The translations under genes and the position numbers were made by a program. DNA of 64,000 nt from an uncultured Acidobacteriota bacterium. GTDB taxonomy: Bacteria; Acidobacteriota; Thermoanaerobaculia; UBA5066; Gp7-AA6. Where the stretch lies: positions 24,164-88,163 of the forward strand of contig CAWHKQ010000005.1 in the NCBI GenBank assembly GCA_963829925.1, given 5' to 3'. A model generated the notes under the pieces. It had not been told where the DNA came from. It did no database searches and saw nothing but the letters and a program-made list of their open reading frames with translations. Positions 1-11,300 of this stretch are shown in pieces (within the stretch, counting starts at the first letter, position 1; each line of letters opens with the position of its first letter).

Positions 1-653
1 ACGCCGCCCGCCGCCGCGAGCGCCGAGCCCGAGCGCGAAGGTGAAGGCGATGATGCGGTCGGTCTTGATCCCCATCAGCTTCGCGGCGTCGAGGTTGAAG
101 CGACACCGCGCGCATCGCCTTGCCCGTCCGCGTGCTTCAGGATGAAGACAGCGCAGGCAGCGACCATCAGGACGCAACGCGACGGCGAGGACCGTGATCT
201 GCTCGCGTCTGTCGATCGCGCACGCCCCCGACGATGAAGTCGCGTCGCGGGATGCGAGCGACGGGAAAGAACTTGCGGATCGGCCCGAAGACGAGCTGGC
301 CGCCATTCTCGAGGAAGAGCGAACGCCGATCGCCGTGATCAGGAGCGTCAGCCGGCGCGCTCGCGCGTGCGCACCGGGCCGGTAGGCGAGCGCTCGATGA
401 GGATCCCGAGCAGCGGCGCAGACCACCATCGAGCCGAGCATCACGAGCAGGGCCGAGGCGATCGACGGCTCCGTCTCCCTGCAGCTTCCGCGAGAGGTAG
501 TAGCCGACGAAGGCCCCGACCATGTAGACGTCGCCGTGCGCGAAGTTGATCAGCCGCAGGACGCCGTAGACCATCGTGTAGCCCAGGGCGATCAGCGCGT
601 AGATCGACTCCCAGCGACAGGCCGTTGATGAGCTGCTGGAGGAACGTGGTCAT
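1..653 (-). CDS. livH: Branched-chain amino acid ABC transporter permease (frameshifted, runs off window)
   Basis: [15 protein letters not shown]... and [21 protein letters not shown] motif, split across frames. Confidence 0.88.
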
Positions 654-1856
654 GCGGAGGACTCGCACCGTCGCGCTCCTTGACCCCGCGCGCCTCGACG
701 GGCTTCATCGCCTCGGGCTTGATGGTTTCCGTCAGGAGGTACTTGCCGTTCTCGACCTTCAGGACGACGGCCGGCTTACCGCGTTGCGCTCGCGCGTCGA
801 TCGTGATCTGCCGGTCACGCCCGGGAAGTCCTTGGTCGCGGCGATCGCGTCGCGCACCTTTGCGCCGGTCGGTGGAGCCCGGCGCGCTGTCATCGCGTCG
901 AAGAGGATTTCGCGGCGTCGTAGCCGAGCGCGGCGAGGGCGTCCGGCACCTCGTCGTACTTGGCCTTGTAGTCGGTGACGAACTTCTGGACGCGCGGGTT
1001 CGGGTCGTCGGCCGAGTAGTGGTTCGAGAAGTAGGAGCCGTTGAGCGCCTCGCCGCCGATCTCCGCAGAGCTTGGGCGAGTCCCAGCCGTCGCCGCCGAG
1101 CAGCGGCACCGTCGATGCCGAGCTCGCGCGCCTGGTGGGCGATGGTCCCGACCTCGGTGTAGTAGCCGGGGACGAAGATCGCGTCGGGATTGCGGCCTTG
1201 ATCGCCGTGAGCTGCGCGCTGAAGTCGGTGTCGCCCTCGCTGTAGCTCTGGTCGACGACGATCTCGCCGCCCAGCTTCTTGAAGTTCTGCGTGAAGAACG
1301 TCCGCGAGCCCGACCGAGTAGTCGCTGCGGACGTCCACGAGGATCGCGACCTTCTTGACCTTGAGCGTGTCGTAGGCGAACTTCGCCATCACCGCGCCCT
1401 GGAACGGATCGATGAAGCAGACGCGGAAGATGTAGTCGCCGACCTGGGTCACCGCGGGTTGGTCGAGGAGGGCGAGATCATCGGGAATCTGCGCTGGCCT
1501 GGCGACGGGGCGGCGGCGAGCGAGCGGGACGAGGCGACCTCGCCGAGGATCGCGACCACGTGGTCCTGGTGATCAGCTTGGTGACGACGGTCGCGGCTTC
1601 TTCGGGCTTGGACTGGTCGTCCTCGACGATCAGCCGGATCTGCTTGCCCAGAACGCCGCCCGTGGCGTTGATCTCCTCGATCGCGAGCTGCGATGCCGTT
1701 GCGGGTCGAGATGCCGAAGGTCGCGATCCCGCCGGTCAGGGAGCCGTACTCGCCGACCAGGATCTCGGACTTTTGCGGACCTCTTCGGCCGCAGGACAGC
1801 GTGGCCGCGACAATCGCCGCCAGGAAGGCGGCGAGGACGATGCGGGTTCTCATCAT
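650..1856 (-). CDS. Branched-chain amino acid ABC transporter substrate-binding lipoprotein (LivJ/LivK family, frameshifted)
   Basis: Lipobox-like TLSC; VGEYGSLTGGIATFG, ILGEVASSRSLAAAP, ISPSSTNP, GDYIFRVCFIDPFQG, GGDGWDSP segments in successive frames. Confidence 0.88.
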
Positions 1857-1994
1857 TTCGACCTCCTCGGTCTCTCGGATGCTGAAAGACGGCGTATTCT
1901 TTCGCACAGGGAGAAGGAAAGTCAAAATGCTTTCTGTCAATGGCTTAAGCGATAGAATCCTGATCCTCGAGAACTACTAGAGAGGCTGACCTTC

Positions 1995-3417
1995 ATTAGA
2001 GACACGTCAGATTCCCGGTCCCCGACCCCGAGATTTCCGCCCGCAGTCCGTCGAGCCGCCTCCCCGCATCCGTCCCCGGGCCGACCACCCGATCTCCCGA
2101 TCGCGGATCGATCCCGACGCCCTCAAGGTGCTCTACCGGCTGCGGGGCGCCGGGCACAAGGCCTACCTGGTGGGCGGCAGCGTGCGGGACCTGCTCCTGG
2201 GCCGCGTCCCCAAGGACTTCGACATCGGGACCGACGCCCAGCCGTCCAGGCCCTGCGCCGGCTCTTCCGGAACTGCCGGATGATCGGCCGGCGCTTCCGG
2301 CTCGCCCACATCCTCTTCGCGAACGGCAAGGTCGTCGAGGTGGCGACCTTCCGCCGGCCGCCCGACCCTGCGGCCGAGAGGCGGCGGCCCCGAGAGCTCC
2401 TCCAGACGTCGGACAACACGCTTCGGGACGCCCCGCGAGGACGCGCTGCGGCGCGGACTTCACGATCAACGGGCTCTTCTACGACATCTCCGACTATTCG
2501 GTCATCGACTACGTCGGCGGGCCTCGACGATCTCGAGGCCGGGCTCGTGCGCACGATCGGCGACCCCGACATCCGCTTCCGGGAGGACCCCGTCCGGATG
2601 ATGCGCGCGGTCGAGTTCGCGAGCCGCCTCGGCTTCGCGATCACGCCGGACGCGTACGAGGCGATCCTCCGGCACCGCAAGGAGATCGTCAAATCCGCGC
2701 CGCCCCGGGTGACCGAGGAGCTCGCGCAGGCCCTCCGCGGCGGCCACGCGCTGCCGACGCTCCTCCTGATGCGGGAAGTGGGGCTTCTCGACGCGCTCCT
2801 GCCCGAGCTCGCGGCGGTGCTCCGGCAGATCGACCCGGATCATGCGCACGGGACCGGCCACTTCTTCTGGGCGCTCCTCGAGGTCCTCGACGCGGAACGC
2901 CGGCGAGGCCGCATGTTCGGGGACGCGGTCCTCTTCGCCCTGCTCTTCATTCCGATCGTACGCGGCCGCGTGCGCGACGCAGTTCCCGGAGGGGGAGCCC
3001 GATCCGAACCGGCTCTCGACGATCATCGAAGAGGTGGTGTCGCCGCTGGCTTTCCGCATGTCCCTGCCGCGCATGGCGACCGATCGGATCAAGCAGGCGC
3101 TGGCGATCGTGGGCAAGCTCTCCCACCGCCCCGACGCCAGGGTCGCCACGCGCCGGCTCGCGTTTCGGGAAGCTTTCCCCATCGCGCTCGACCTCTTCGA
3201 GCTGACGGCGATGGCCACCGGACGCGGCCAGGAGCTCGTGCGAGACTGGCGCGGCATCCAGGCAAAGGTCGAGCGGGCGCGGGCGAGCGGCGAGATCCCC
3301 GCCCTGCCGGCGCCTCCCCCGGCGCCGCCGCGCGCCCGGCCGGAGGTCACGGCGGCCGGGCCTGGAGAGGAGACTGAAGCGACTTCCCTTCCACGGTCCA
3401 TGAAGCGGATCCGCTGA
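1995..3417 (+). CDS. pcnB: Poly(A) polymerase I (frameshifted; start codon uncertain, probably non-canonical)
   Basis: [43 protein letters not shown]-specific [10 protein letters not shown] signature, [12 protein letters not shown]. Confidence 0.88.
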
Positions 3418-4319
3418 TGTTTCTCCACTCCAACTTTCTCGGGATTCCGCCCGAAGAGAACACGCTCGAGAAAAGCCGCGTCGTCATCCTGCCCGGTCCC
3501 CTACGAGCGGACCGTCTCGTACGGGGCGGGCACGCGAAACGGGCCCGGCGCCATCCTCGAGGCGTCCCACTACGTCGAGCTCTACGACGACGAGCTCGAC
3601 GAGGAGGTCTACCGGATCGGCATCCACACGCTTCCGTCCTGGCTTCCGGACGACATGGAGCCCGCCGCCGCCGTCGCAGAGCTCGAGAAGATGGTCGCGA
3701 GCCTGCTCGCGCCGGGACGGTTCCTGCTGACCCTGGGCGGCGAGCACTCGATCGCTCCCGCCCCGATCCGCGCTCACCACGCGCCGACACCCGAAGCTGT
3801 CGGTCCTCCACTTCGACGCCCACGGGGATCTGCGCGACAGTACGAGGGCCAGAAGAACTCTCACGCCTGCGCCGCGCACCGCTGGGTCGAGCTGGGGATC
3901 CCGTCGGTCCACGTCGGCATCCGGTCGATCTCCAGGGAGGAGGTCGACTACGTCCGGAAAACCGGCACCCTGATCGTCTCGAACCGCGAGATGCATCGCT
4001 CGACGCGTGGATGGAGAAGGCCCTGGCCCGGCTGACCGAAGAGGTCTACGTGACCTTCGACGTCGACTTCTTCGACGGCTCGCTCGTGCCCGGGACCGGC
4101 ACGCCCGGAGCCGGGGGGCGGCACGTACGACCAGGCCCTCGCGATCCTCCGCCGGGTCGCGTCCGAGCGGCGGATCATCGGGGCCGACGTCGTCGAGCAC
4201 GCGCCTCTGCCGGGCAACCGGGCGCCCGATTTCCTGGTCGCCAAGCTCTGCTACAAGCTGCTCGGGTATGCCCATTTCCCGAGAAAGGCCCGACATCCGT
4301 CCTGTCGCCGGTTGCTTAA
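3417..4319 (+). CDS. speB: Agmatinase / ureohydrolase (frameshifted)
   Basis: LGGEHSI, HFDAHGD, SHAC, VGIRS, YVTFDVDFFD...PGTGTP arginase-family motifs. Confidence 0.85.
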   Translation: MFLHSNFLGIPPEENTLEKSRVVILPGPLRADRLVRGGHAKRARRHPRGVPLRRALRRRARRGGLPDRHPHASVLASGRHGARRRRRRAREDGREPARAGTVPADPGRRALDRSRPDPRSPRADTRSCRSSTSTPTGICATVRGPEELSRLRRAPLGRAGDPVGPRRHPVDLQGGGRLRPENRHPDRLEPRDASLDAWMEKALARLTEEVYVTFDVDFFDGSLVPGTGTPGAGGRHVRPGPRDPPPGRVRAADHRGRRRRARASAGQPGARFPGRQALLQAARVCPFPEKGPTSVLSPVA

Positions 4320-4375
4320 GCGAGCATTGACGTCAGACAAGAGCTTCCGCCAGAGCCCCGGTACGCAACCTCCGC

Positions 4376-4404
4376 GAACTTTCCCGGACTGCTCTACTGC
4401 GTCT
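4376..4404 (+). promoter_or_regulatory. Putative ECF sigma promoter (GAACTTT-N18-GTCT) upstream of the ECF sigma gene
   Basis: Resembles ECF AAC/-35 and GTC/-10 elements; similar motif at 5840-5869; spacer slightly long. Confidence 0.35.
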
Positions 4405-4423
4405 TGTCCGAGTTGAGGCAAGC

Positions 4424-5042
4424 GTGAGCACCACCGAAGACAAAGATCTGGTCGCACGCTGCCGTCAAGGTGACGACGAAGCCTGGAGGGAGCTGGTGGA
4501 CCGGTTCGGACAGAAGGTCTATGCGATCGCGTACCACTTCACGATGAAGCGCGAGGACGCCGAGGAGCTGTCCCAGGAGATCTTCCTGAAGGTCTTCGAG
4601 AACCTCCACCGCTACGACGGCGGCTTCCCTCTGGTGGCCTGGATCCTCTCGGTCTCGCGCAACCTGTGCATCGACCGATACCGGCGCCGCAAGCGCGAGA
4701 AGTCCTTCCGTTTCGTCTCCGATGAGAGCCGTGACCGACGCTCCTGAAATCCGACGACGACCCGGCCGAGCATGGCGCTGAAGAAGGAGCGCACACGGCT
4801 TCTCTTCTCGGCGCTGGCGGAGATCCCCGAGGACCTGGCCGAGATCCTCGTTCTCCGGGACCTCAACGGCCTGGCCTACGACGAGATCGGCAAGTCCCTG
4901 GACCTGCCGGACGGCACCGTCAAGTCGCGCCTGTTCCGGGCGCGGGGCGAGGTCGCCCGGCAAGATCCGCGAGCGCCACGAGAGGCGATCCGCGCCGAGC
5001 GCCTTCGCTTCGATCGCGGCGGCCGCGGTGGGAATGGTATGA
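4424..5042 (+). CDS. ECF RNA polymerase sigma factor (one frameshift near 4730)
   Basis: Region 2 [14 protein letters not shown]...[12 protein letters not shown]; region 4 [25 protein letters not shown]. Confidence 0.9.
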
Positions 5043-5869
5043 GCTGCCGCGAGCTCGAGCGACTGTTCCTGGCCGGCGTCCCGGAGGCGGACATCTCCGC
5101 TCACCGCCGACGCGTGCGCCGACTGCGCGCCATCGGGCCGACGCCCTGGACGAAGCGCTCGCGCTGACGTTCTCCCCTGCGCCCCCCCGAGATGAGCCCG
5201 GCGCTTCGCAGAGCCTGATCGAGATTCCGCGCAGACCGTCTCCTGCGAAGGCGCGGAGCCGCTGCTCGCCCTTGCCGTGGAGGAAGAGCTCCCGGCCGCG
5301 GATCAGAAGCGCCTGCAGAGCCACCTCTCCCGCTGCGCCGCGTGCACGGAAGCCGCGGGCGCGCTTCTTTCGGTGCGCGACATGCGGCTCCCCCGGCGCC
5401 GCCATGGCTCGGCCGCGCGGCTGGCCGCCGTCCGCCCGGAAACGAAAAAGAAGTCCTTCTGGCGATCGGCCTTCTCCGGGAAGGCCGTCGTCGGCTACGC
5501 GTACGGGGCCGCTGTCCTCGTCATGCTGCTCGGCTTGAACCCGACCGCGGTCGCCCGCGGGAAGAGTTCGTGAAGCTCGGCGAGAGCACGCGCAACGTCG
5601 TGACGGTCGCCCAGAGCTCGGTCGGGGACCGGCTCGGAGCGTTCCAGGAGAAGGCGATGCGCACGCTGGCCGTCTGGAAGGGCCACGTCGGCGGGTACGG
5701 CCGCGCCGCGGTCTCCAACGCGATCGCTCTCGTGCTCCGGCCCGAGCAGAAGAAGACTCCGCCTCGCCCGCGTCTGGGCAAGGACGGCGGCGTCACCGCC
5801 GACCCCGGCGGCTTCTCCGAGGCGGGCCGGCCGGAGCCGGAACTTTTTGCCTCCCGATTTCGTGTCTAA
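5039..5869 (+). CDS. Zinc-finger (zf-HC2/ZAS) membrane anti-sigma factor (frameshifted)
   Basis: ATGA-type junction with the sigma gene; SCE...[11 protein letters not shown] motif; hydrophobic segment [17 protein letters not shown]. Confidence 0.7.
5840..5869 (+). promoter_or_regulatory. Putative ECF promoter (GAACTTT-N17-GTCTAA) upstream of the membrane protein gene
   Basis: Matches the motif upstream of the sigma gene; followed by RBS GAGGAG and ATG 5902. Confidence 0.4.
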
Positions 5870-5901
5870 GGAAGACGGAAGACGTCAACGAGGAGATAGC
5901 C

Positions 5902-6502
5902 ATGAATGACAATTACGCTTCGCAGCCCCCGCCACCGCAGACGCCCACGGGCGCGCCCTTCGTGGCGCCGCCGCCGGTGGTCGTCCCGCCGGTGGTCCCC
6001 GTGGTCGTGGAGCGCAAGTCTCCCGGGCTGGCGGGATTCCTGTCGGTGTTCCCGGGTCTCGGCCACCTGTACCTCGGGCCTCTACCAGCGCGCCTTCGCG
6101 ATCGGCGGCGCGTTCATCCTGCTGATCTCGCTGACCTCGCACGGCCGCAGCGGCGAGTTCTTCGGTCCGATGATCGCCTTCGTGTGGTTCTTCGGGATCA
6201 TCGACGCGGTGCGGCAGGCCAAGGCGATCAACCGCGGACAGCTCGCCGAGGCGGGATTCGCGGGCGAGCGGCAGCTCAAGGCGTCGGCCGGCGCGGGCGC
6301 GCTGACGTGGGGCGTGATCCTCGTCGGGCTCGGCTCGCTCTGGCTGATCGACCGCAACTTCGAGATCGACTGGTCGTTCATGGACGACTGGGGCGCGCCC
6401 GCCGCCTTCATCATCCTCGGCCTGATCCTGATCGTCAGCCACATGCGCAAGCGCCGCCGCGAGAACGACGCCCAGTTGGGGATGCCGCCGCGCAGCCGCT
6501 AG
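5902..6502 (+). CDS. Multi-pass membrane protein (TM2-like N-terminus, LiaF/LiaI-like C-terminus; frameshifted)
   Basis: KSPGLAGFLSVFPGLGHLY motif; WGVILVGLGSLWLI...FIILGLILI helices. Confidence 0.65.
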
Positions 6503-6525
6503 CCGGGCCCTTGTTCGAGATTCCG

Positions 6526-6549
6526 AGCGGGAGACGAAAGTCTCCCGCT
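6526..6549. terminator. Hairpin between convergent genes, likely bidirectional terminator
   Basis: AGCGGGAGAC-GAAA-GTCTCCCGCT, perfect 10-bp stem with GNRA loop. Confidence 0.7.
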
Positions 6550-6556
6550 TCGTGTT

Positions 6557-8299
6557 TCAGCGGCGCTTGAAGTACTTCTCCAGCTCTTCCTCCGACATCG
6601 AGAGAACCACGGGTCTCCCGTGCGGACACGTGAACCGGTCCTCCGTCTTCGACCAGTCCGCGATCAGGCGCCGGATCTCCTCCGGCGCCAGGTGGTACCG
6701 GATCGTGACCGCCGAGCGGCAGGCGATCGAGGCCGCGAGCCGGTTGCGCCGCTCCCCTTCTTCGACGGCCCCGGTGTCGGCCAGCGAGTCGAGCGCCATC
6801 CGCAGCGTCTCGGCCGGGTCTCTTCCCGTGGCCTCCGCCGGCAACGACGCGATCGCGTAGGAGCGGCCCGACATCGGCTCGATCTCGAACCCGGCCGCAA
6901 AGAGATCGTCGATGCGGGCCCCCAGGGTTTCGACTTCCTCCGGCGTCGCCTCGTAGAGCACCCGCATGAGGAGTCTCTGCGACATCACTCTTCCGGAAGC
7001 GATGCGGTCCCGGATCCGCTCGTAGAGCGTCCGCTCGTGCGCGGCGTGCTGGTCGATCACGAGGAGGCCCTCCGGCCCCGTGGCGAGGATGTAGGACTCG
7101 CGGTGCTGCCCGATCGGCAGGATCTCGGCGGGCCGCTTCTCGACCGGAGGCGGAGACGGTTCCGGCGTGCGGCTCACCGGACGGCGGCGAGGGCACGCCC
7201 ACGGGCGGACCCGGCGCCGGCGGCATGGCGAAGGGGTCCCGGTAGGGCGCCGAGGGTTCGGCCACGACGGACCCCGACGGCACCGAGCGCAGCCGCCGCT
7301 CCTCCTTGCCGGCCAGGAGCGCCGAGTTCAGCGCGTGGTAGACGAGCCGGAAGGCCGTTGCCGGCGTCGGCGAAGCGGACCTGCGTCTTGGCCGGTGAGA
7401 CGTTGACGTCCACGGCGCCGGGCTCGGCGGTCAGGAACAGGAAGACCGCGGGGTGGCGGTCGACCCGGATCGCGTCCTTCGACGCCTGGGAGATGGCCCG
7501 GGCGAGCGCCCGGTCCTCGATCGGCCGCCCGTTGACGAACAGATACTGGTACCGCCGGGTCGGAAACGTGATGGAGCCGCGGGTCGCATAGCCCGTCAGC
7601 CTGAGCGGTCCGGACCTGCGCCTCGAAGACCTCCAGCTCGCCGAGCGTCGCCTTGCCGAAGACCTGCAGGATGCGGGCGCCGCGGTCCACCGCCGGCCGG
7701 CGCCTCCAGGGTCTCGCGCGAGTTCGAGCGGAGCGAGAAGGCGACGGCCGGGTTGACCAGCGCGGCCCGGGTGACCGCGGCCGCCACCGCGCGCGCCTCG
7801 GCCTCCTTGGACGCCAGAAACTTGCGCCGGGCGGGTGTGCGCTCGAAGAGGCCCTGGACCAGCACGTCCGTGCCGCGCGGACGCGGGGCGGGCTCCTCCG
7901 CGACGGGCGCCCCGTATTCGAGGCTCAGCCGGATCGCCTCGGGGCTCGTGCCGTCGGAAGTCGTCAGCGTCAGTCGTCGAGACCGACGCGATCGAGGGAA
8001 GCGCCTCGCCGCGGAACCCGTAGGTTCCGACCTGCCGGAGATCTTCGTCGGAGGTGATCTTCGAGGTCGCGTGCCGCTCGAGCGACAGCCGCGCGTCCTC
8101 CGCCGACATGCCCCGAGCCGTCGTCGCGCACCAGGATCCGCTCGATCCCGCCGTTCTCGATCTCGACGTCGATCCGCGTCGCGCCGGCGTCGAGCGCGTT
8201 CTCGATGAGCTCCTTGACGGCCGAAGCCGGCCGCTCGACGACCTCGCCCGCGGCGATGCGGTCGATGACGGGACTCTCGAGACGATGGATCCGGGGCAT
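6557..8299 (-). CDS. mutL: DNA mismatch repair protein MutL (frameshifted)
   Basis: [59 protein letters not shown]. Confidence 0.95.
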
Positions 8300-8395
8300 C
8301 GCGTCGCAGTTTATCTCCGCGCCCGGGCGCGTTGCGCCTCGTGACAATCCCTACACGAGGGACTTGCCGGTGAGCTCTCCAACGAGGAGGCAATC

Positions 8396-11300
8396 GTGAC
8401 AAAGAAATTTGCGGCGGTGCTCCTGCTCCATCTGCTGTCGACTTTCGCCGCGGTCCACGCGCAGAACGGCCCGGACAACGATCCGGATGCGGCCCCGGGA
8501 TACACGAACAGCGTGTTCGACCACGGTCCGGCCGATTCGATCAACCTCTATAACGGTCAGCTCACGATCCCGATTGCGGTCGGCCCGTCCTACCCGATCG
8601 GCCCGAAGCTGCGCTTCCAGCTCTCGCTGGTCTACAGCTCTCGGGTCGACGACTACGGGGCGCCGAAGCCCGGGGCGCAACCGGGAATCCTGGACGGGTA
8701 CATCTACCGTCCGCTCGTCGGCAACTCCTCGCTCGGCATCGGATGGGAGCTCACGCTCGGAGCGATCAAGCCGTGCCGACATGGGATGACGGAGGCCGTC
8801 TGCTACTTCGGTCCCGACGGAAGTCAGCACATGTTCCACCGCGTGCGAGGCAACGGCAAGGTCACGGGCGACGGCAGCCAGCTCTTTCTCAAAGGCTCGG
8901 GCCCCTATGAGATGTGGGACGGCGACGGGAACCGCCACGTCTTCGACAAGCAGGCGAGCGGCTTCGACGACACGGCCGCCCAGGGTTACACCCACGACTT
9001 CGGACGGGGGCGTGACGGCTGGTACCTGGGGTCGCTGACGGATCCCCACGGCAACGGCTACAGCGTCTCCTACTGGACCGGAGGGCATCCTCGCTGGACG
9101 TACGGCGTGCCGACCTGCTCGCCGGCGGTCGCCGGGAACATGCAGATGGCCCCGCCCGCCGGCGTCGGCGGCTGGGTGCCGAAGGAGATCACCCTCCCCT
9201 CGGGCGACAAGGTTCGCGTCAATCGCGGACACAGCGGCTCCGTGGACGGCATGATCCTCTCCTTCGACTTCCCGGTTTTCGCGGCAGGCGCGGCCGGGAT
9301 GCGCACGTGGTCCCTCGCCTACGACACTCCTTACGCTTCCTACCTCCGGCCGTGCGGTCCGGGGACCTCGCTGCCGGTCAATCTGCAGCGCATCAAAGAG
9401 CTGCGGCTTCCGTCGGATCTCGCCGGCTCTCCGAAGTACCAATTCGCGCAGGAGAGTCTCCTGACCCGGCTGACGCTTCCGACGGGCGGCACGATCGAGT
9501 ACTGCTACAGCGAATACACCTTCCACCACGGCCGGGCGGGTTCGGTGACGCCCAACTGCCCGGGGCTGCCCGTCCCGTCAACCCAAACGACGGCGGTCAC
9601 ACCCAATGCGCTGTACTGCGACGGCTCCGGGCTCGCGCCGGAGCCGCGGCCCAACGCCCACGCACAGTGCACGGAGGACAACGAGGCGCGATGGATCGAC
9701 GTCCAGATGGGGGTCCTCCGGCGCACGGAGACCGAGCCCGTGCGGGGACGCGTGGCGACCACCACGTACACGCAGTACGCCTTCCCCTTCGGCGAGGCGG
9801 GCTCGGCCGGCTCTCCGGGAGAGCCCCAGACTTTGACCGTCGTCGTGTCTCCGCCGACCGATCAGAACGCCGCCGGAAGTGCCGGGCGCCGGCGCGCGAA
9901 GGCCACCCTCTTCCTCGCGAGTCCGAGGGTCGTTCAGCCTCCCGGCGGGCCGCGGCCGAGCGTGCCAGGCGACCGTGTCGGCGCCGACGTCGAGGAACGC
10001 GTCTTCGAGACCGATCCGAACCTCCTCAACCCCGGCTCGCCGGCCTGCCCTGGAACGGCGGCCGACGCGCCTTTCTGCGCGAGCAAGTCCGTCCGCACGG
10101 TCAAACGCACGTTCGACTACGACGATCCCGGCAACCTCGAAGGCAACCGTCGCGTGCAGTCGGAGAGGACGATCTTCGGCCCCGGGGCGTGCGGCAGCTG
10201 CGCGCACCACCAGGTGACTTTCACGAACTCCACGGCCGGCTGGGAAGACAACGGCCGCCACTACGAGAACGAAGTCCGTTCCGGCACCCTCGGGAACGAC
10301 GCGCGTACGACGTTCACGGACTGGGCGCCCGCACACTGGATGACCGGGCCGCCCCCTGGGGGGCGCGTGCTACCCAATCTGTTCGTGCAGCGCCGGACGA
10401 CCGACGGCACGTCGGTCCGCGACGAGCTGCTCGAACCGGACGCCGGCAGCGGATTCCTGAAGGGATCGGTCGTCTACGACGACGCCCGAAACCTCGCCTT
10501 CGTCCGCTGCCGCTACTCCGACGACAACGGAAATGTGGACAAGGAGTTCAGCAAGACGGTAGTCGCCGCGACCCGGCCCTCGCTCACGTACTGCTCCGAC
10601 AATCACGGGACGTTTCCGGCATCCGTCGGCCTCGACGGCGACACGTTCGGCAAGGACTACACGTGGCAGAACGGCGAGCTTCTCGGGGCGAGGTGGATCA
10701 ACGGCTCAACCGTCGCCCCCACCTTCCCGACACGCAGCTACGTGAGGAACCTCACGACCGGCTGGGTCCTGTCCTCCAGCGACACGTCGGGCCGGACGAC
10801 CGGCTATTCCTACGACGGCCTCGGGCGCGTCACGCAGATCTCACCCCCCGCTGTTGGAGAGCTGAAAACGTTCGTCTGCTACGAGGGGCCAAACGCCACG
10901 ACGGCGTACCGTGCGTCCTCGGCGCTGGCGTGCCCGGTCGCGGCCAGCCATCCCGGCGCAAAGACGTGGGAGCACTTCGACTACGACGGCCTTGGCCGGA
11001 AAATCCGCGAGAAGAGGCTCCTGCCCGGCGCGCAGGTGTCCAAGCGTTTCACTCTCCGGGATGGGGCGGGGAACGACTTCTTCGCCTCCGAATGGGTCGC
11101 CGATGCCACCCCCGAAACGATCGCCGCGGATCTGCCCACGGCCTGCGTCTTCTCGACCGGCAGCTTCGCCACGGCCCGCCCCTCGGCAGCGCCCGGCACC
11201 TATCGCCTGTGCTTCGATCCCTTCGGCCGTCCCCAACAGATGGTGGGCTCCAGGCACTCGAGCCTCGCGACCGTAGATCGCAAGGACGGTTCGGCCTGGT

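Noticed and set aside
1-8299. Cluster of pseudogenes
   Set aside because: Motifs remain intact across frames, and essential genes elsewhere show the same indels, indicating sequencing error
8300-8395. Possible riboswitch in the Rhs leader (CCTCGTG..CACGAGG hairpin)
   Set aside because: Only a 7-bp stem; no recognisable aptamer consensus
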